Of a stretch of 64,000 bases of DNA, positions 12,455 to 26,000 are shown piece after piece. Source of the stretch: Yuukianura sp. NJ FZ-2021 (taxonomy: Eukaryota); assembly GCA_046563655.1 (NCBI GenBank), contig CM102285.1:15252001-15316000 (forward strand). The letters run 5' to 3'. The stretch's first letter is position 1. Every line of letters begins with the position of its first letter. The notes beneath the pieces were generated by a model, which was not told where the DNA came from, did no database searches, and saw only the letters and a program-made list of their open reading frames with translations. A program made the translations under genes and the position numbers.

Positions 12455-13305
12455 TAGAAATCTAATGGTTAAAAAGATAGAAAATTGCGAAAGCTTTGAA
12501 GCGTAGAACTAGAATTTAATGGTTAAAAAGATAGAAAGTGGCGAAGGATTCGAAGCTTAGAACTAAGAATTTAATGGTTAAAAAGATAGAAAGTGGCGAA
12601 GGATTCGAAGCTTAGAACTAAGAATTTAATGGTTAAAAAGATAGAAAGTGGCGAAGGATTCGAAGCTTAGAACTAAGAATTTAATGGTTAAAAAGATAGA
12701 AAGTGGCGAAGGATTCGAAGCTTAGAACTAAGAATTTAATGGTTAAAAAGATAGAAAGTGGCGAAGGATTCGAAGCTTAGAACTAAGAATTTAATGGTTA
12801 AAAAGATAGAAAGTGGCGAAGGATTCGAAGCTTAGAACTAAGAATTTAATGGTTAAAAAGATAGAAAGTGGCGAAGGATTCGAAGCTTAGAACTAAGAAT
12901 TTAATGGTTAAAAAGATAGAAAGTGGCGAAGGATTCGAAGCTTAGAACTAAGAATTTAATGGTTAAAGAGATAGAAAGTGGCGAAGGATTCGAAGCTTAG
13001 AACTAAGAATTTAATGGTTAAAAAGATAGAAAGTGGCGAAGGATTCGAAGCTTAGAACTAAGAATTTAATGGTTAAAGAGATAGAAAGTGGCGAAGGATT
13101 CGAAGCTAAGAACTAAGAATTTAATGGTTAAAGAGATAGAAAGTGGCGAAGGATTCGAAGCTTAGAATTAAGAATTTAGTGGTTAAAAAGACAAAGTTTC
13201 GAAGCACTCAAAGCTTAGAACTAAGAATTTAATGGTTAAAAAAAATAGAAAATTGCGAAGGATTCGAAGGTGAGAAAGAAGGATCTAATATTTGAAAAGA
13301 TAGAA
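12455..13305. repeat. Satellite unit C (55 bp), ~15 copies, most with a HindIII site
   Basis: Unit GAATTTAATGGTTAAAAAGATAGAAAGTGGCGAAGGATTCGAAGCTTAGAACTAA, period 55 (12541 to 12596). Confidence 0.97.
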
Positions 13306-13487
13306 CTTTTTAAACCCCCCCCCCCACTAAAAATTCAAAAAACAACGTTTGAAAAGTAATTCAAAATTAAAAAAAAGTTTCTCTAGAGAAAAGTTGTGTT
13401 TAAAAGAACTTTTTAAATGTCCACTAAAGATTCAGAAAAACAACGTTTGAAAAGTTCAAAATTTGCTTGAAGTTTTCTAAAGAAAAG

Positions 13488-13756
13488 TTTGTCTCTGAAT
13501 GTGAATTTACACCTTAGCAGAGAACAATAAACTCTTTAAAAAATTTGTCTCTGAATGTGAATTTACACCTTAACAGAGAATAATAAACTCTTTAAAAAAT
13601 TTGTCTCTGAATGTGAATTGACACCTTAACAAAGAATAGTAAACTTTTTAAAAAATTTGTCTCTGAAAGTGAATTGACACCTTAACAAAGAATAATAAAC
13701 TTTTTACAAAATTTGTCTCTGAATGTGAAAATACACCTTAACAGAGAATAATAAAA
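13488..13756. repeat. About 5 diverged copies of satellite unit B
   Basis: Variants of TTTGTCTCTGAATGTGAATTTACACCTTAACAGAGAATAATAAAC. Confidence 0.9.
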
Positions 13757-15082
13757 ATCTAAACATCTAAAAGTGCAGCTTTTTAGCCGTTTCAGGTTAC
13801 TTAGATGCTACCTAACCTAAAGAGGACTTGGTTTAAGAGCTGTAGAACCTCCGCGCGAAATTTTTCGTTTCTTTGAATAAAAAACTCAATTTTCTACTTT
13901 TTCAACTAAATAGCATTACCTACCAGATACCAAATAAAAGTTAGAGGATTTGGTAACGCATTCACACCACATATGGACTATGGACAGGTATAAAAAAAAA
14001 CTATTTCTTTTTGGGGCCCTGTGTATGTGTTGAGATATTTTACAACAACCTAAAACGGATATGGGCATTCCAAAAGTACACTTAATTTAGAATACTAAGC
14101 TGTTCGTAGTCAGGAAATCGTCGAATGCGATTGAAAATTATTTTAAAATTATCGCAAGATTAAACAGTTTATGCAAATTTGTTGTACTGCCATCAGCTGT
14201 TAATTGGATGCTACATTAAATAGGGTTTGTCCATATGTGGTGTAGGAGAGTTTTGGATTGTATCCCTAAATCTAGAAGGGTTATCGATGATTAATGGTAC
14301 TACCGATTCCGGTAGCTGACAAACCGACAATTTTAAAAGAGATGCCGAAATCCTATTGTTGGTAGCTGATTCCGGATGCCTGCGACTAAAAATAAGGATT
14401 CTTGTCTTACCTTTTTGATGTCCAGATGTTGAGGTCAAACTTTCCTGGAATTGAAACGTCGTGATGCGTGAGACCGTCAATAGTGTCCAGCCAGTAAACT
14501 GCAAAGACAAGAACATTTGTTAAGGCAACACGCACGATTAATTAAAGAAACTCTTGGAAATTAGTTTCAATTAATTCTTAATTTCGAGTTGGGAAAAGCA
14601 ACGGAATCGTGTCAGCAGTATACTAGATAGATATCAACTCACCAGTCTCGGAGAACATCGTCCACTGTCTTCTTCCTCAGCCGATGACACTCGAAATCGT
14701 TCAACCCGAATCCGTCGTAAACTGGTTCCGTACTGTGCAGATCCTAAACGACATGCAAGTCAAGAAGACATTATGCTCACTGACAACAAAAATTAATCAT
14801 TCATACGCACACTACACATCCATTCAAATACCAAAACCCATGTCCACTTGTTATGTAATCAATTACCTCTCCAATTACGAATAAACACTGGAACTGGAAC
14901 TGGAACTCACATTGTAGCACAACACAGCCCTGCTCAGTGGACACTTTTGGTTGAAGTAATGAGAATTAAACTAATTAACAATTAACGGATTACTAAACGT
15001 TGCTTCTTGTCTAAACTCGTCTCTCCATTTGCGTTTGTGTTGACCGTTGGAACGTTATCATGTGGAATTCAAATAGGTAGTG

Positions 15083-15388
15083 GTGTCTCTCTAACTTAGC
15101 TTGCAAAACTACAAAAACAAATGGCAATTTGAAACTGCAAAACTTTCATCGTTACCGTAACTTCCCAGATAGGGCGGTAACGGCTTCCTAAATGAGAGCT
15201 CAGCTTCAAGTTAAATTGATACAAAACAAGATCCCGCCTTCCTAAATGGAACTTGGCGGTTCTCACACAAAATGAACTGCCATTGGCGACTTAGAATGGC
15301 AATATAATCTCAGCCCTCCTTAGATTTCTCCCAACTGTAGTGCAATTTCCATTTGTTTTTGTAGTTTCGCATGCTAAGTTAGAGACAC
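15083..15388. mobile_element. MITE with ~45-bp TIRs upstream of RMDN1
   Basis: Left GTGTCTCTCTAACTTAGCTTGCAAAACTACAAAAACAAATGGCAATT versus the reverse complement of the right end, GTGTCTCTAACTTAGCATGCGAAACTACAAAAACAAATGGAAATTG. Confidence 0.8.
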
Positions 15389-15455
15389 GCCAATTACGAA
15401 TTTGGCGCCAGATTGTGCACGGCGTCACTGTCATTCTTGTGTTTTGAGACACCCA

Positions 15456-15468
15456 CGCCATCTAGTGG
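15456..15468. promoter_or_regulatory. CTCF-consensus motif (CGCCATCTAGTGG) near the putative RMDN1 promoter
   Basis: The reverse complement CCACTAGATGGCG matches the CTCF core and lies about 360 bp upstream of the RMDN1 ATG. Binding is not demonstrated. Confidence 0.5.
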
Positions 15469-15828
15469 CAAGGTTGAGAAATTATTCAAAATTTCAAAAG
15501 ACAAAGCGCCAAAAATTTATACTGAAATTTAAAACAAAACAAAATTGAAATTTCTATTTTATAAGTTCATAAGTTTTGACAACAATGATTTCATTAAGTA
15601 TTGCGTAAAAGGAACTTACGGTTAAAAGCAAATTACAATTAATCCATTGACCCTCACGGTCAATATGGGAGGATGGATGCCTTGGACTCAACGATTTGTC
15701 AATGGGCTACGCTATCTCACAATAGCTCAATTTTATGTAAGCACACAATTTGTGTTCGGATACTTTCATGTCATTACGAATTACAATGAGTATAAATTGG
15801 TTTGGTTGTTTTTGTCCTTCAGCGTAGC

Positions 15829-17061
15829 ATGTGGAAGCTGCCCAAAGGATCTTCTTCAAAAGACGGTGGTAGTCGTCGTCACAACTTTCTACTTTGCCTT
15901 GCGTTTCCCTGGACAGTTGAAGCCTTGTCATGGGGAGGTCAGAAAGCAAAGGAAACTCCAGTATACAAAGACCCCAACTCCATGGAAGCCAAACTTCAAA
16001 ACAAAAACGACCATGCACTGATCCAGGATCTCAAGATGGCAGACAAAATCTACCAGGAGAACAACGGACTCACTCATCAACAAATATACAAACTCCTTCT
16101 GCGCCACAAGGTCAACTATTTAACTCATAGCAGAGTTGATCAAATGAATTGCTAAACATTCAAGTGTAACTTTACAGGAGAAGCGAGAAGCAGAACTGCA
16201 CTGGCGACTGGCTCGAGTAACTTACGAACTGTCCAAAATTGCGGAAACCTCGCAACAGAAAATGGAACTAATCGAGGAGGCTTATGCTACAGTGAAACTG
16301 GCGCTTGAAATTGACGATACGAACTTTGCAGCCCATAAATGGATGGCAATAATTCTCAACCAACTGAGCACAATGAAAGGAACAACTGAGCAAATCAAGC
16401 AGTCATACGTCGTTCGACAGCACATGGACGTAGGTTAACTTTTCAAAACGATTCTGTAAGATGTGAATTCTACTAGAACGAGTGTAAATTTTTGAGTTGT
16501 TTGTAGAGAGCAGCCGAGTTGAATCCGAGAGATGCCACCAGCGTGTACTTGGTTGGAAACTGGTACTTTCACTTCCCTTGGCACCAACTTCTGGAACGAA
16601 CCTAAGCTCCCTGACTTTGTTTTGTTGAAGGTGCTTTACGGTAGCGGAGATTCCTTGGTACCAGAGGAAAGTGGCTGAAACTATTTTTGCCAAGCCACCA
16701 ACATGCTCCTTTCAAGAAGCCATTCATCACTTCCTCCAAGCAGAAAACATTCAACCACATTTCTACAGGTACAATAATATACTTTTTAAAATACACTACT
16801 CATCATCGTTGTTTTTAGCATGAATCTGCTGATGCTGGGGAAGTCGTACATGAAAGTGGGTGAATTGGAAAAGGCGGAAGAGTGCTTGAGTGTGCTGGAG
16901 GAGACGCCATTGAGGACAGACGAGGATTACATTGTTAGTTCCCTTGTAATCTCAACTTGGACTAAACTTTTCTTAGTACTAAAACTTCCACCTTACTTTT
17001 CCAGGCTCGAAAGGAAGGGAGCGAACTACTGAGGAAACTTCGGAAGAACAAGAAATCTTGA
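15829..17061 (+). CDS. RMDN1: Regulator of microtubule dynamics protein 1 (RMD-1/FAM82, TPR-like); exons 15829-16110, 16178-16429, 16507-16562, 16631-16768, 16819-16933, 17005-17061
   Basis: Spliced translation gives AELHWRLARVTYELS, ALEIDDTNFAAHKWMAIIL, RAAELNPRDATSVYLVGNWCFTVAEIPWYQRKVAETIFAKPPTCSFQEAIHHFLQAENIQPHFYSMNLLMLGKSY. Confidence 0.93.
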
Positions 17062-20000
17062 AAAATCGATCACACACATTCTCCACTTTTCTCACAAAAG
17101 AAAGGGAACTTACATCTCAGTCATCTTACACTACACCCAACTACCAATGTATAGGGGATGTTTGTGGAAAGTGACCCATGATTTCTGAGTATTAAAAGCT
17201 GTCCTCCCACAATTACTAAAATGTTAACTGGTTTAAGTGGCTATGATTTGAATGGAGGAAGGGCGTGGCGGAGTGAGGAATGTGGGGATGTGCTTTCTCT
17301 TTGGACTTTTGAGGAATTGTGCTGGAGAGGCCATTAGGTGGCCCTCGACTGGAAGTTGGAGTGGGGACAGTAACAATCATGTTGGCCATAATCATAATTC
17401 TGAGAGTGACCTTCTGAAGTGGGGTCAAGAGACCACCCCTTCCTGTCAAGGGAGCCCTCACACACCAACTTCCACACTTTCACAAGCACTTCCAGCCAAC
17501 ACTCGTCTCGTGGGCAGCGTTGTGAACTTTTGTGAAGAAGACAATGCGCTCTTTCCAATTTGGATCCATTCCTCCTATTGGGAATATTTCAATATTCCAT
17601 GAATGGTTTTTGGTCACTTTTCGGAATGGGCAAAACTTTCCACTCCCCAACTTTTCCATCCAGAATCCCTGGGAGACACAAATTTATGAATACATTGAGG
17701 ATGGACAGCCACTCTCTCCCCCGCCAACATCTCTCTCCACCGGCCAAGGCATGAGTTCCGAATTGACAAATGAGATCGTCTTTAAGAAATCATTGTTTCG
17801 GGAAGGCGTTAGTGCGGAGGAGTTGAAGCGGAATTTAGCGAGGCCACTGAATCACTTGACTGGAGACGCTGCTCCTCTGAATAATTCTGCAATAAAGGCT
17901 TGTACACAAGTACTGGAGCAGTATCTTGTGGGAGTATCTGTGTAGGAGAGACTATGAGATGCCTGACAGGTAGAGGAGGGATGGGAGAAAGTTTTTGAGG
18001 GGAGAAAGACAGGTTTTTCCACTCTCTCTTTTTAATCCCACGTACGGTGGAAAGTTTGTGCTGAGCCTCCCTCCAGTCGCGGGATTTGACACGTTTTAAT
18101 TAATTTCTTTAATGACGAACGCCTTTCTAATGACGGCCACGAGCCCACCATTCTCAGCGATCGGAAAATTTGAGAGAGGGAGAGAGAGACGGTCTTAAAA
18201 ATGTGTCTCCACTTTCCCCAAGGACCAACTTTTCTATTCATTAATTCCTCCTCTATCTCTCCTTTTTCCAATTAGAACTCTTCCATTTTATTAACAGAAA
18301 TTCATTAGAACACTCCTGCATCTTCAACTGAGAGTTCATGACCTAGTCCATGCTTCTGATCTGCCCATGAAATCAGTTCCTTTGTCTTTTCTCTCCGAGA
18401 TTCATTTCTCGGGCGCAGTGCCTACTTATGCAAACTCAAGGACACTTTCTGTGGAGATGCAGTGTACAAAATGGAATTAACGCGCTGAGCTCCTCAATTA
18501 ACGATGAGTTACGACGTTCATTTCAAAAATGAAAAGCCGTAACCCAGCACAGGCACTCTGACGACGCTAATATTCCGCTCTCCCTCCATTGTCTCTCTCC
18601 ATTCCAAGAATATTCCAACCATCTCCCTAAACCAAAAACTTCGGACCTAAAACTCACAAATACTCTGCACTCCAACTCCTTTCCCCTTCTAAATGATTCC
18701 AAAGGAGAAAGGCTCCACACTTTCTTTGGGAATTTCCATTTCTAAACGGTTGGTTCGCAGCAGGAGGCGGTGGAGTAGGATTGACAGAGAAGTAGTCCAC
18801 ACCATGTCACCCGCCGAACCACAAATCCACCCACGAACACACGGTCAAAGGCCCCACTCAGCATTACGGAGATTACTCTGCTCAGGAACAGACTCCCACT
18901 TTAATTTCCGATCCAAGGTGGACTCAAAGGGACTCTGTGCGGCTGACAACAAAAGAGGCCTGGGACGGAGAGAGTTGGTGTAATGCTTCCTGTGCAGAGA
19001 GGGGAAAGTATTTATGGGTCTATTAGGCTGGAGTTTCCTTGGGGGAGGAAGTAGTAAATGAAAAGAATAATTTCTTTTTCCGAAACATTTCTCAGATCAA
19101 TTAATTTCATTTGGCTGACGGTGGATGAGACTGGAAGTGGAGCAGAGATGGATCAGAACGAGGGAAACTTTGGACATTCCTCCATCGAGACAAGTGTAAT
19201 GAGTGGGTAGTAAAAAATAAGGCCAGTACTTCCCTTCCAAATTGCAACATTTCTCTTCCCGCCCCTCCGCACCAGTCATGATTACGTTCATAAACATTTG
19301 TGTCCTCATAAGAGGCTGCAATATTCCAAGTGAAAGTGAGTTGAGAGAAAGTGGCTCTCCATCTTCATTGCGGAGATGGATGGCGGAGGGAACCACCTGA
19401 AGTGGAGCAGAGTGACAAATGTGAGGAATTGAAAAATTGTGTGGAAGGGAGTGAGGAATGTTGATAAATGGACATATTCAACCACATGACTCGAACATGT
19501 GAGGTGTGAGTCTTATTAGCCCTGGACACTCTAATGTCCACACCAACTGCTCACAACCTAATTCCCTCTTGCCCCTTCCTCTAATCGCCAAACTTTCACA
19601 CACGCTCTGCCACCAAACACATTTCTCCACTTTCTCCAGAAATTACAAGGAGCCTCTTCGATATTTCCAATTGCCACAGTCTCCAAATCCCTCCTTGTGT
19701 CTCTCCTAATCCCACACAAGTTATGTCCCACACACCCATTCCTTATGGATTCCACTCTCCATGTCACGCTCAAATTGGACACGAACAAACTCCAGTTGTA
19801 AATAATACATTCTCTCATTACGACTGCTGGAGGATGGGCTGGAAGACGGGGTCAGAGATTTAGACTGTGCGGTTGGATTCCGGAGAAAGTTGGAAAGTGG
19901 GGAGAGTTTAAGCCACTTCCACCCGCCCTCGCCCCACCACCGCAAAAATTAGTCTTATTTATGTGTCGGGAGGGACTTGGTCCTGATTTGGTTGGAATGA

Positions 20001-23000
20001 AGTGGAATTCTCACGAGCCGAGATTGAAATTCACTGCTTGAGATTTTTAATTAGAAAGGGGAGGGAGTCATTGAGCCCTCAAAGAACTCCACGAAAGAAC
20101 TCCGAGAAGAATTTAATTTGAAGACCAAAGCCCTTCGCTCCTTCTCAATCACTCTCTCCTCCCAAACCCAATTCATTACTTTTACTTTGAGAAACACACT
20201 TTTCAAAAGAAAAAACACTGATCGCCTCAGCCTCTTACGCTTCCTAAGACTTTAAAATGGAAACTAACCGGATTGGACGGAGGCAAGAAGTTCATTGCCC
20301 CGAACAAAAACTTTCCTTTAGACTTTGTTCCAGAACAAAAGTTGAAAAGTGTTGGTGCAGAGTGCATTGCATAAGTCCTTTTACTTTTTAACTTTCTTTG
20401 GGTTAACAACTAAACTTCTAATGTTATTCTTTTCAAAGTCCAACCTGCGACCTTGCCCTTGTTCCTAATGGCTCCAACTACTTTTGTCACTTTCATCATC
20501 CAACTTTTAACCCAAAGTTAGGCCAACAACTTTACTCCAACTAAACTTTAATTCACCAAATTTCATCCAAACTAAAAAGTTTCCAACTAAACTTTGACCT
20601 CGGCAGTTGACCCCAAAAGGAAAGTTTGGACTGCTGTTGGAATGAGATGCTGCGTGTGGTGGGACGGAGGAGGGTGGCTCTTTGTTCCTGCTGTGTTGTT
20701 GCTCGGAGAAAGTCTGCGCCCACCCCACTCTAATTTTTCCTCCAACTTTCTTCTTGATGAAAATTCATTATTCAATCTCAGTCATTGAGTGGATGCAAAA
20801 ATATTCTGCCTTCATTTTGAATTAAAATGAACCAATTCAAACCTCCCTCCGCTCTTTATTAGCCCAAACCAAAACTTTTCTAAACGCCAAACACATCTCC
20901 AAATCATTCCCAATCTGCCCATTTACATTCTTCAAAAGAAAGACAAACCAAGACAAAAAAGAATTCAATGTGGGACAGAATTTCGGGGGAAAAGTGCATT
21001 CTGGCTCTAATTTTTTTCCGAGAAAAAAGAAATGCAAATCCTTTCCACGAAATAAGTTTTTGAGATGGATGGCATGAAAATCATGAAAACTTTGTTTAAA
21101 CTGAACGAAGACTGTGGATTTTTGTAAAAGTAGTTTCATGATTAGGTTGAGAGTTGAAACCAAAGTTTGGGGTGTGTGGGTGAGTTGAGTCCGGGAGAAA
21201 GTGCGTAAATAAATAAATTAGACTGGGGTTTGAGCCGCATTTAATCCGGAATGAACCTCCTTTGTTTTTTATTGGAGGGAGAAAGTGCGTGTGGAAATGA
21301 AAGTTCATTATGGACAGAGTTTTCTTCGAATTGAGTCCATCTCATCTCCGTAAATGAGGTAGTGAGCGGAGTCATAAAGCAAGAAGAGAGGTGTTGAGAG
21401 AGGAGACAACAAGCCACAACAGCCCTGCTTCGGAATTAAAAGCGCACAAAGACTCCCCTGGTCCACATAAACCTCAAATGGAAACTTAATTGGACCAACA
21501 CATCTCCCCCCGAATGACAACCTGAGAGACAGCTTCTTCTCAAACTCCGCCGCTGAATACTAATCTACCTTCGACTCAAAACTTTTCCAAGGCTTTATAA
21601 TTAGAGTGGAAATTTGGAAGGAGTTTTTGGGAGGCTGTGGGACAGATTAGTTAACAAAAGTTGGAAAAGTTAGGTACGGAGAGTAGAGCAGTTGAACTGG
21701 ACTGACAGCGTCTGAATGGAGAAAGGAGTGAGGAATGGATTGAGCGGATCCTGAGGCGGTTTCTTTAGAACGGGAGAGTGAAGGGAGGGTGGTAATTGTG
21801 AGCTGGTGCTAATTAAGGATGCGGATGGAGGAGAAATCTGTGAAAAGAAGAGACGTCCTTTTGTTTTTGTTCTCCAAAGAAGTTTAATTCGGGAGAAGAC
21901 ACGGGGTCTCCCCACCCAGATCCAGAGATAGCACTTTCTCCCTCCTCCGCTGCCCCTGTAATTAAGCCCCGACTTTCTCCCAAGGCACAAAACACAGAGA
22001 CTGAGAGAGACATTGCTTCTGGTCCTTATAAATCACCTGATTATCACACCAACATCCCCCCACTCTCCACAACACACTCTCAAGAAACACAACTGAACAG
22101 CCACTACTGTCTTCAACCTCCAACATCTACTTCATCTTGAGAAATATTAAGAAAATCCAGATTTTCATAAAGGAACTTTCACTCTAGTGATTTTGCACTT
22201 TTGAGATTTTTTAAATTCTTAGAGTTTTGGTTGTTTAAGCTACTCTTTGATGGTGGGAAAATGAAGTTTAACCTTTGACCTTAAAGAAGAAAAGAGGCCA
22301 GTGCCCACTCTGGTAGAGTTCCCCTGGATGGAAATGGATAGTGACACTATCTAGAGTGGGGTTAGAGGGCTGACATGACAAATTCCTCCACTGTGTCTCC
22401 CACAATTTGTTGACCTCAGACTCCTTTGTCAGAGAAAGTGTTTAATGTTGACTTTTCCTCTCTTTCCCACACTTGTTATTCCAATCCTAATTAAAACACG
22501 ATCCACTCCTTTGTCTCTCCCACACAAAGCAACCACTTCATCCACATCAACAATGGCATTAAACATTCCCACCAAATCACAAGGAAAGGAATTGGAGAAA
22601 GGAAATGAGGAAATTGTTTAGGACTTGTCAAGTCCACTGTGTTCAATCCAAGTTTTTCAATTTAAGTTTGCGTAAGAAATTAATTGCATTGGAAGAATAA
22701 TTAGAAGAAAGTAGTTTCCATGTGTTTCCATTGGATTCCATTTGCATTAGGAATGGATCCCTGCTTTCTTATCCCGCAAGAGGAACGGGAGAGGAGAAAG
22801 GGCCTTGGAGCGGAAAACCTCCAACTAATTCCACCTTTAGCCATTTCCTCACGCTTCAACGGCAGACGGACTCCACCAACCTTAAGCTCACTCTCCAACA
22901 TAACCAAATCAACCACTGTGCTACGTCAAAACAACCAACACAATCACAACACTTTTCTTAGGACAAGATCTCTTTGTGTCCTTTGAAAGAGGAGGGAGAG

Positions 23001-26000
23001 ATTTTAAAGCTGTTGCCCAATTCCCACTGCATGCCTCTCATGAAGTGCTCATTTGTTCAGTCTCCATTGACGAAATAAAGAAATTCCTCCCGAGGCAGGC
23101 ACAAACAGAGAGGAAGAAATTGGACAAAACTTTCCCCAAACTTTTCCTCCAAATTGTTTTCCCCTGTCATCTCAGCCTCCCATGCACCCAAGAAGAGATA
23201 GGAACACTATCATTACCCTCCCTTGCAAAAATGCGAATTCCTATAAAAGAACATCCACAAAAGAGAACTTTTATCTGGAAGTACTTGTGTCGCTTCTAGC
23301 TTACGTCTGCTTTTCTCCTCCCTTATCGAACTACACTCAGAGCTAATCGACAGAGATGAAAATTTATAGGCTCCAACCCATGGCATGAGACACAAATTAA
23401 GTCCAGTCGCAAACTAAAGTTAGGAGTGGAGGAATTAGAGAAAGTTGTGTGGGAATATGAGAGATTTGTGTGGACTTTGGTTGGAGAGGGGAGATTCACC
23501 TTGTGAGTCTCAGAGGAGTTGGTTGCCTGCCGACAGGGAAGAGTCACCATGGATCTCATGACTTCTGGTTTGTCTTTCTCCTGGAGCTGTGGGACAGTTG
23601 TCGTCCCTCACCAAGTCCCCAGTGTCTCCCGCCAACTTCTGTCCCATGTCAAGGCCCAATTTAGCCCCTGCCATTGATTGAGACGCATTAGGAATTTATG
23701 GGACTGTCTCTCCACTCCACACACTTCCAAACAACACCCTCAACATCATCTCCAAACAACCAAAACACATTTACCTTCATAATTCCCCATTTCAACTACA
23801 AAGAGAGAAAGTGGAAGAAAAGAGGAAGCCAACCTTTGACTGGAATCCATACAAAACAATTCGGTGGGAATAGATTCCGCTGCGTGCATTACTTCCACTC
23901 TCTCTCCCGGAATTACACCGGCCTTCAACAAACTTTCCAACCAAAGTTTTTTTAAGTTTCCACTTTCACTTCCTACGCCTCTTATGAGAACTTTCTAACA
24001 TGAAGGAATACACGAGAAGCTAAAAACCTTGGGAGTAGTATTTGATTGTACTAAGAGTAGGGAGATGGTTGATGTGTGAGGTGAAGCATTGTTGAGGAAT
24101 GCTGGATTGTTCCACCCCCGTTAGAGCCCGAGAAGAGAAAACGGGCGAGTTGTGCTCAGCCTCTGTGTGCTTTCTCCCCAACTGTCGCTTTCTCCCTCCG
24201 TCTAAACTTTATTCAGGTTCTGGACGTGGTTGGAAGAGGAAAAGGACGTTCGTCTCTCCACAAACTCACCCCCTCAACAATTGGAACAGAATCAGCCCAC
24301 TCCGTGATAAACCTTGTTGGTCACACTAACAGTGTTTAAGAACTCAACAATTGCAGGCCTGGCCACACCAGACTCCGTCCCCACGCGGCAAGATGGGAAA
24401 ATAAGGTAAGCTAACTTATTGAGTAACCTCTTTTAGTCCAACACTCCAATTGAACACAATTCAAAGGAATTCAGAGACATCATTATCCTCCCTTTCACCC
24501 TCAAGCTTTTCCCTGTCAAAAGAACCAAAAAAGAAAAGAAGAATGAGCGAGGGTGGCTTTTTTTGTGGAGATTGACGACTGAACGAGTGTAGAGTCATGT
24601 TTACAAAATCCCTCAAAAGAGAAATCCATTTGTAAATACTCAACGCCACAAGTCACCAAAACTCTTTTCTTTCTTTCAATTTCTTTCAATGATCCAAACT
24701 TTCTCTACAAATTTTTGATGGCTGGCACTGACAAAATACAAAATTTAATCTTATTCGGTACTTGAAAAGCGCTGCTGTATTTAAAATAATTTTCATAGTG
24801 AAAAATAAGGAACAGGAAAAGTGGATTGACCCAAATAATTTAGAATTTCTGTTTTAGTTGTATTTTTTAGTAAAAGTAAAGTTGGTTAGAGAGCCTTTGC
24901 TGCGATGTTGGTATTTCTCATTCAAAAACCAACCGAAATATCGTTTTCAAAATTTTCATGGTTTCGGAATAAACTGGTTAATAGTCTAAAAACAGGAGGA
25001 ATTGTGGTAATTTGTTGCTTTGAAGTGTAGAGCAGAAGAAGGAAGGAGGAATGTTGTAGTGAGGTGTTTGGGGTGTGTGGTTGTTGTAATTGTGATTACT
25101 GAAGTGGGTATGTAAGTGTGTTAAGTGTCGGGAGAGTGACAGGGGGTTCCTGGGGGGCGACAGAAGGAGAAAGTCTCATAAATGTGAAATTGATTTGACA
25201 GTTGACACAGTCGGTTGGAGTAGGCAGATGGACGTGGGAATATTTCACTTTCTACCCCCGACAGCACACGCACCAACTCAACAATCCCATTTCCAAAACA
25301 AGACAACTCTATACTTTTGAATCCAACATTCAATTTCACCAATCCAAGTCACTCTTTAGAAAAGAAGGCATTTGGTCGAGTAGTAAAAATTTTCCGAGTC
25401 ATTTGTTGTGATGATGATGAGATGTGTGTCGATTTCCAAATCACAGCAGGGTCTAAGGAGCGTCGTAAAGGAAACTATTGTTTTGAGAGTGAAACGTTGA
25501 AGGGTGAAGTGTTAATACTTGGAGGCGTAACGATTTAACAGAGTCCATAAGTTACTTTTAGTGGCACTTACTCCGACTAATGACTCCAGCAACAGGAACT
25601 GACACCCTCACACCTCCACTCCAATCACTCCATTCAAAACACACTCAAACTCAACCACACACATCAAACACATCTCTCAATTTCATTTTTTCACCCCTGA
25701 TTCTGATGATGTCCTACAAGAGAAAGCCCATTGTTACCTCCACTCGAAAGAGAAAAGAGAAAGTGGATTTAAAAGTGGAAGGGAAAAGTTAAGTTTTGTG
25801 ACTTTGGAGCGGAGGGAGAATTAATTTATTTCATTTCATAAAATTCTCCATTTTAATGCCCTCTTTTCCTCAGAATGTGCACCAGCTGTCGCTCATCTCC
25901 CTCCGAATTCAAAATTGAACTTGGACTGGGTTATTGGTTCTGTTTTCTCCAAGATTTCATTACAGCCAAGAAGGTGCTTTTATTCCAAATTATTCACAAT

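Noticed and set aside
9555..13305. Regular 55-56-bp periodicity with palindromic units, superficially like a CRISPR array
   Set aside because: The units are head-to-tail with no unique spacers, no cas genes are present, and the context is eukaryotic.
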